The position numbers were made by a program, and so were the translations under genes. Positions 34,408 to 38,519 of a stretch of DNA of 38,519 nucleotides are shown here, piece after piece (the first letter of the stretch is position 1; every line of letters begins with the position of its first letter). Location of the stretch: positions 1 through 38,519 of the IMG/VR virus record IMGVR_UViG_3300037310_000135, one strand, 5' to 3'. The DNA comes from a virus (lineage: Duplodnaviria > Caudoviricetes). Under the pieces are notes generated by a model. The model was given only the letters and a program-made list of their open reading frames with translations, was not told the DNA's origin and did no database searches.

Positions 34408-34729
34408 CTATTGAATAGTCATTACCCTTTTTAATACTGTCTGCCTTCAGTTTCCTTACGCCGTCCTCTCCGAGTTCTGACACGAGCCGGAGGGCGTACT
34501 CTCCGAGGTTCCCGTGGTTATATGTATTACAGAACGGACACTGGATGTGGACATTCCGTCCATCGAAGTCCAGCCTCCCGTGTATGAAGTGCCCTGCGTG
34601 CATCCCCTTCCAGTGGTGTTGCCTATTACAGGTATAGCACCGTGGGTACTCACCCTGTCTGGTACGAATCCACACGCTCCAGAGTTTCCACGCTTTCTTA
34701 TGAAGAGTCTTTTTTGACTTTCTTTTCAT
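34373..34729 (-). CDS. ninG: NinG/Rap-like recombination endonuclease
   Basis: AWKLWSVWIR..CYTC..MHAGHF..FD.RNVHIQCPFCN. Confidence 0.85.
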   Translation of the reverse strand: MKRKSKKTLHKKAWKLWSVWIRTRQGEYPRCYTCNRQHHWKGMHAGHFIHGRLDFDGRNVHIQCPFCNTYNHGNLGEYALRLVSELGEDGVRKLKADSIKKGNDYSIDELEGIIRKYS

Positions 34730-34945
34730 CTAGTCCGAGACGCTTACGGATAAGGTCATAGAGGTCATTTTGCGTGACAGGATTTCCTTCAGGGTGTCGG
34801 TCTCTGGTAATGCGGATACTGTGAATCTGACGAGGCTTCCTTCCTCTGCGATCATCATGTGCTGGCACTTGGGACATGGGAGGTCTTCGCTACCAGACGA
34901 TTGTACGAGTATTCCTCCTTCGCACTCACTGCACGAGTAAATCAT
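34730..34945 (-). CDS. Small zinc-ribbon protein
   Basis: CSEC..CPKC. Confidence 0.6.
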   Translation of the reverse strand: MIYSCSECEGGILVQSSGSEDLPCPKCQHMMIAEEGSLVRFTVSALPETDTLKEILSRKMTSMTLSVSVSD

Positions 34946-35192
34946 CTTCGTAAACGAGCCTTTCGGTGGCAGCTTGGGTAAATACGGGTGCGTGACCCGA
35001 CCGAGCCTTCGTCAGCTCTCCACGCGCCGGACGATAAGTAAACGAATACTTCATCTGACTCTCTATCGCGTCTAAATCCGCACCCTTACAGAGCGGGCAG
35101 ATTCTCGCAGACGACTTCTTCTTCCGGCCACACCAATCACACTCGACTTCGTGTATCTTTCGCTGAAGGCTTCGGAGAAGGTCTTGGGCCAT
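34926..35192 (-). CDS. Small zinc-ribbon protein
   Basis: CDWC..CPLC. Confidence 0.6.
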   Translation of the reverse strand: MAQDLLRSLQRKIHEVECDWCGRKKKSSARICPLCKGADLDAIESQMKYSFTYRPARGELTKARSGHAPVFTQAATERLVYEDDLLVQ

Positions 35193-35193
35193 G

Positions 35194-35586
35194 TTAGAAC
35201 GGTAGTTCGGTGCTAACGAACTTCTGGAGTTCCGGCGGTGGGAGATACCTCACGTCCTCGCCGTCCATTTTGCGGAGCCAGATATCGGCGTAGACCAGCC
35301 TCCCATAGCCTGGCATCACAACCGTCCCGCCGTTCGGCCGCTTCTGGCCCCTATCGTCCTCAATGGTTGCATTCCTTCGCAGACCCCTTCGGACGGCGTA
35401 GTTTTCCATACGGTACAACTGCTCATCAACGGGGAGCGCGAGGTACTTTTCCTTTAAGGCTCGGAGCTGACCCTTTACGAGCGGATGCTTATAGAAATCG
35501 AACTCCTCGTGGTACTCACCCTTTAGGAGGGTCTCGCCGCAGAACGTACAGACATTCGCGGACACCTTCTTATCATCGAGGGCCAT
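35194..35586 (-). CDS. Hypothetical protein downstream of the replication initiator
   Basis: 130 aa; CTFC..H motif. Confidence 0.6.
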   Translation of the reverse strand: MALDDKKVSANVCTFCGETLLKGEYHEEFDFYKHPLVKGQLRALKEKYLALPVDEQLYRMENYAVRRGLRRNATIEDDRGQKRPNGGTVVMPGYGRLVYADIWLRKMDGEDVRYLPPPELQKFVSTELPF

Positions 35587-35587
35587 G

Positions 35588-36193
35588 TTAGCGGATTAGT
35601 TTCAGTACAGTGAATAGGGTCCACTCATCAGTTATTTTAGCACTACGCTCGCCCGCGTCTACTATCTGGTTATCCACATACCCCAAATCGGCAATCTTAC
35701 GGGCTGCTTTGATCTGGTCGCGGTAGCACTTATTCATCTGCTCGCTGTTATCGAACGTCAGCCCTTTCTTCTTCACGAACCACGCTATGATTTGGCTCGG
35801 CCGGGAACCACCGTCCCACTCCGCTAGTTTCCCCTTGAATGACCACGCCGTAGTATCTTTAGATACTACAGTATTAGTTGTATTATTCTGTTCGGTGTTT
35901 TCGCCGACGCGCCTCGGCATTTTAGCCGAGCCAGAAAGGTGAATCCGCCTATCGTGGCGGAGTTGTGTCGTCGAGATGTGCCCAGCAGCGACAAGCTCAC
36001 GAACCCACTCGCTTACCGTGTCTGTGTGAACATCATACAACTCAGCGAAGTATGCGTTGGTAGCCCAACAGTACCCCTTCTTATTACAGAGGGCTGTTAT
36101 CTCACCGTATAGTAACCTTGAGCCGTGTTTCAACCGCTTATCGTATCGCACCACCGCTGGTATGACCGCATAAAACGTAGGCTCCGGCTTCAT
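35588..36193 (-). CDS. Phage replication initiator with N-terminal winged HTH
   Basis: YAVIPAVVRYDKRL..LLYGEITALCNKKGYCWATNAYFAELY..TVSEWVREL. Confidence 0.85.
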   Translation of the reverse strand: MKPEPTFYAVIPAVVRYDKRLKHGSRLLYGEITALCNKKGYCWATNAYFAELYDVHTDTVSEWVRELVAAGHISTTQLRHDRRIHLSGSAKMPRRVGENTEQNNTTNTVVSKDTTAWSFKGKLAEWDGGSRPSQIIAWFVKKKGLTFDNSEQMNKCYRDQIKAARKIADLGYVDNQIVDAGERSAKITDEWTLFTVLKLIR

Positions 36194-36492
36194 TAGTATT
36201 GGATGACGTCTTCCACTTCCACCTCGAAGTCCTTATACTCTCTACCAGACTTACCCTTAACCTTGCCGAGATAGGTGATACGAACACGGTTTCCTGTTTC
36301 AATCCCACCGAGCTGCGAGTCAAGTACCGCGCATCCCCAGAACTTCACGTCGCCGCTGTCGTTCTTCAGGGTGTAGACGTTTGAGTTTCCGTCCTGCCCC
36401 TTGCCCGACTCCTTATTCGTCAGGATTCCCTCAATCGGCTCTCCCTCGGTGAAACTGTGCATCTCACTCATTGTTACCTTTTTCCACGCCAT
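36193..36492 (-). CDS. Small OB-fold ssDNA-binding protein candidate
   Basis: IEGIL..NVYTL..FWG.AVLD..GNRVRITYLG..YKDFEV; lies between nuclease and initiator; start at ATG 36492. Confidence 0.55.
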   Translation of the reverse strand: MAWKKVTMSEMHSFTEGEPIEGILTNKESGKGQDGNSNVYTLKNDSGDVKFWGCAVLDSQLGGIETGNRVRITYLGKVKGKSGREYKDFEVEVEDVIQY

Positions 36493-37153
36493 CCTTGATG
36501 TTGGCAAGCCAGTTCGGATCACCGAGACAGTGCTGGTGATAATCACAATACTGGGCTTTCCAGTTTAACTTACCATTCACAAACGTAGGAACTGGCTCCG
36601 GCGGTGTCTTTGTCTTCCATGCTTCCTGTAGTATAGCAATTTCCGAAAGACAGGCTGTGGATATTTCGGGGTCAGTCAATAACAGACGGTACTCCGCAAC
36701 CCGTAAGTCGTCTTTTGAGACATAGATGAGTCTACCCTCCTGCTTCCCGGTCGCCTTCATACCCCACCAGAGCTGCTGGAGGTGGTGCTTATCTGGCCCC
36801 TCCTTACCCATCCATGTAAACTTCCGCGAGTGGACAGACTTTACCTCGTATACAACCTCGTCGTTCACTATCGCGTCTGGTCGCACCCGTAGGTCAAACT
36901 CCTTGAGGGACATTGTTTCCGGCCTCTCAACCTTCATGTGCTTCGCCGCGCTCTCTAGCACAAAGTCCTCAAAGATATTCCCACACTTGAAGACCCTGAG
37001 CAGCCTATCGTCCTTTGGGGCCACAGGAAGCCCCATGCGGGCGTAGTAGACACCAGAGAGGCATTTTCCCATGTCAGAGGCGTACCAACTCGTCTTCTCG
37101 CGATCCTCACTCTTACACGCCTCGTTTATAGCCGACTGGATGCTGAAGCTCAT
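36464..37153 (-). CDS. Cas4-like / PD-(D/E)XK exonuclease
   Basis: YASDMGKC, G..FE, RPDAI..YEVKS, Q..W, C-terminal YCDY..HC. Confidence 0.85.
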   Translation of the reverse strand: MSFSIQSAINEACKSEDREKTSWYASDMGKCLSGVYYARMGLPVAPKDDRLLRVFKCGNIFEDFVLESAAKHMKVERPETMSLKEFDLRVRPDAIVNDEVVYEVKSVHSRKFTWMGKEGPDKHHLQQLWWGMKATGKQEGRLIYVSKDDLRVAEYRLLLTDPEISTACLSEIAILQEAWKTKTPPEPVPTFVNGKLNWKAQYCDYHQHCLGDPNWLANIKDGVEKGNNE

Positions 37154-37425
37154 TGCTGTAACTTAAACGCCTTGTCCTGAAGCAAGTCCGCGAGGATTTC
37201 TATCTGTATGGGGTCGTGCTTCCTGAGTCCGGCAATAACGGCCTCGGCGATAGCAGACGTAGTGACTCCTTCGTTCACGGCCTTGGCGATTGCCATTTCG
37301 ATTTCTAGCTCGATAGGGAACGGTTCGTAACCCTCGTTGTCTTCGTCCCTCTTGGCTTCCATGTCCGCGATCCGACGCTCCTCCGACTCCTGCCGAAGTT
37401 CTATCTCTCTGATGGGTTCTGACAT
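37150..37425 (-). CDS. Hypothetical acidic protein
   Basis: Start moved to ATG 37425 (MSEPIRE), which has GAGGA upstream. Confidence 0.6.
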   Translation of the reverse strand: MSEPIREIELRQESEERRIADMEAKRDEDNEGYEPFPIELEIEMAIAKAVNEGVTTSAIAEAVIAGLRKHDPIQIEILADLLQDKAFKLQQ

Positions 37426-37489
37426 AGTAGTTCCTCTATCCTCGCCACGGCGGTTATCAGTATCGCGACGAGGATGGAGGAGATAACCT

Positions 37490-37660
37490 TTATACGATGG
37501 GCTGGTACGGGAAGAACCCGTTGACCACCTTGTAATACAGCGCAACTGCTACGAGAATCATTATGGCTGTCCGGATTCCCCTAAGAACGTCCCGCCGGAA
37601 CTGGGCCTTCATGAGCCAGTGGTCTGACTCGGATGGTGATTTGATGTAGTTTGTATTCAT
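37490..37660 (-). CDS. Small membrane protein, first early gene (56 aa, not in ORF track)
   Basis: MNTNYIKSPSESDHWLMKAQFRRDVLRGIRTAIMILVAVALYYKVVNGFFPYQPIV. Confidence 0.6.
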   Translation of the reverse strand: MNTNYIKSPSESDHWLMKAQFRRDVLRGIRTAIMILVAVALYYKVVNGFFPYQPIV

Positions 37661-37706
37661 GTGTCAAGCGGTATGGCGTATCGACCAAACACTCTACCGT
37701 ACTTCA

Positions 37707-37751
37707 AGTATACCACAGGTCAAATCCCCGTGGTAGATGAACTGTGGATAA
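37707..37751 (-). promoter_or_regulatory. Early promoter/control site: extended -10, inverted repeat and DnaA-box consensus
   Basis: TG-G-TATACT (37707-37715); imperfect inverted repeat at 37711-37719 and 37727-37735; TTATCCACA at 37743-37751. Confidence 0.55.
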
Positions 37752-37753
37752 CC

Positions 37754-37773
37754 AAAAGGCCCTTCTCGGGGCC
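37754..37773 (-). terminator. Intrinsic terminator
   Basis: GGCCC-CGAGAA-GGGCC-TTTT right after the 37782 stop. Confidence 0.65.
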
Positions 37774-37781
37774 GTCTGGGA

Positions 37782-38333
37782 TTAGTAGCAGTTCCCCGAC
37801 GCTATGCTATTTAAGACTGGGCTAATCTGCCTCCAGAGACTATTGGCCATATCGGTCCAGTAGTTCGAGAGCGCCCAGTTCCCATCATTCCAGGCATCGT
37901 TCTCCTGTACTTGAGCGTTCTGATATTCAAGAATCGTCGGCCGGATAGAGTTGAACTTATTGACACAGCGATTCACGTTCGCGAGCTGTGTGTTCGCCGT
38001 GGCGAGTTGAGCATTCACACTAGAGAGCTGTGCGCCCTTCGCGGCCGCATCCGCTTCCGCAGAATTAGCCCTGCGAGCGTTAGCCGCCGCTGAAGCGTCT
38101 GACTGCTTCTTCGCCTCCTCAACCGCTTTCTTGCCTTCCTCGGTTTCGTTCAGGGTATCCCTAAGCGATCCGATTTCTCCGTCCCGCGCCTCGACCGTCG
38201 CGGTTAGATCTTTGACCTCATCCTTGAGGTCCCCATACTTTCCTACGGCCGTCATACCAAGAAACACCAAAACTGCTACCGAGAGGACGATTCCGGCGTA
38301 TACCGCCGAGTCCTTTAGTGTTGGGTACTTCAT
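37782..38333 (-). CDS. Membrane-anchored coiled-coil protein (stand-alone transcription unit)
   Basis: N-terminal TM, long heptad/Ala-rich coil, two Cys in the C-terminal region. Confidence 0.75.
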   Translation of the reverse strand: MKYPTLKDSAVYAGIVLSVAVLVFLGMTAVGKYGDLKDEVKDLTATVEARDGEIGSLRDTLNETEEGKKAVEEAKKQSDASAAANARRANSAEADAAAKGAQLSSVNAQLATANTQLANVNRCVNKFNSIRPTILEYQNAQVQENDAWNDGNWALSNYWTDMANSLWRQISPVLNSIASGNCY

Positions 38334-38339
38334 GCCCGA

Positions 38340-38368
38340 ACCCTACCATACATATAGAAGACTGTCTA
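38340..38368 (-). promoter_or_regulatory. Candidate sigma70 promoter, leaderless
   Basis: TAGACA-17 nt-TAGGGT (with TG extension), 6 nt before ATG 38333. Confidence 0.5.
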
Positions 38369-38373
38369 GTACC

Positions 38374-38401
38374 AAAAAGCGGGCTTGTCTGGGTCCCGCT
38401 T
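38374..38401 (-). terminator. Intrinsic terminator after the HNH gene (across the circular junction)
   Basis: AAGCGGG-14 nt-CCCGCTT followed by TTT. Confidence 0.6.
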
Positions 38402-38519
38402 CTCGGCTGGTATACCATCACCAGTCGTTGCTATTCGCCGCAACTCAACCCTTCGTACGCCGTGCGATACCTCGCACTCTTGCAGCGTATGCGCAAGCAG
38501 ATTTACAGCTATCACAACG
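38393..38519. repeat. Terminal direct repeat, right copy
   Basis: Identical to 1-127. Confidence 0.95.

Noticed and set aside
36464-37781. CRISPR mini-array near the Cas4-like gene
   Set aside because: No regularly spaced repeats seen here or elsewhere in the window.
683-38333. Genome-wide TAG or TGA recoding
   Set aside because: Core genes are full length in the standard code, all three stops are used at tight gene junctions, and no suppressor tRNA is visible.
38355-38440. Second group I intron around the HNH gene (CAACGACTG ... AGACAGTCT resemble P7 strands)
   Set aside because: No interrupted host gene: the CHAP gene ends naturally and the downstream gene has its own start. No P1/P3/P4 found; the elements are better explained as terminator and -35 box.

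Overview
This window is an apparently complete, circularly assembled ~38.4 kb tailed-phage genome: bases 1-127 are identical to 38393-38519. Every credible gene is on the minus strand. In transcription order (right to left) it contains an early control region, then recombination/replication genes (Cas4-like PD-(D/E)XK nuclease, OB-fold SSB candidate, HTH replication initiator, NinG, DEDD exonuclease). Next come terminase, portal, scaffold and a P22-like major capsid gene that is split by a group I intron carrying a LAGLIDADG endonuclease. An 11-gene sugar-synthesis/glycosyltransferase cluster sits around the head-tail adaptor. It is followed by podovirus-type tail and ejection genes, a lysis cassette and a free-standing HNH endonuclease. 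I found no integrase, repressor, DNA polymerase, tape measure gene, tRNA or CRISPR array. The most striking feature is a candidate phage-encoded mucin-type O-glycosylation system. Two paralogous GT-A enzymes carry DxH and W(G)xxxxE..K.WL.GG..H motifs resembling eukaryotic polypeptide GalNAc-transferases. Together with a GT7C-like enzyme, they lie just upstream of a virion gene with a ~245-residue Ser/Pro repeat. Several structured intergenic RNAs, a gene flanked by 20-bp direct repeats and an unusual in-frame lysis cassette are also visible. All product calls come from motif recognition by eye; no database searches were run.
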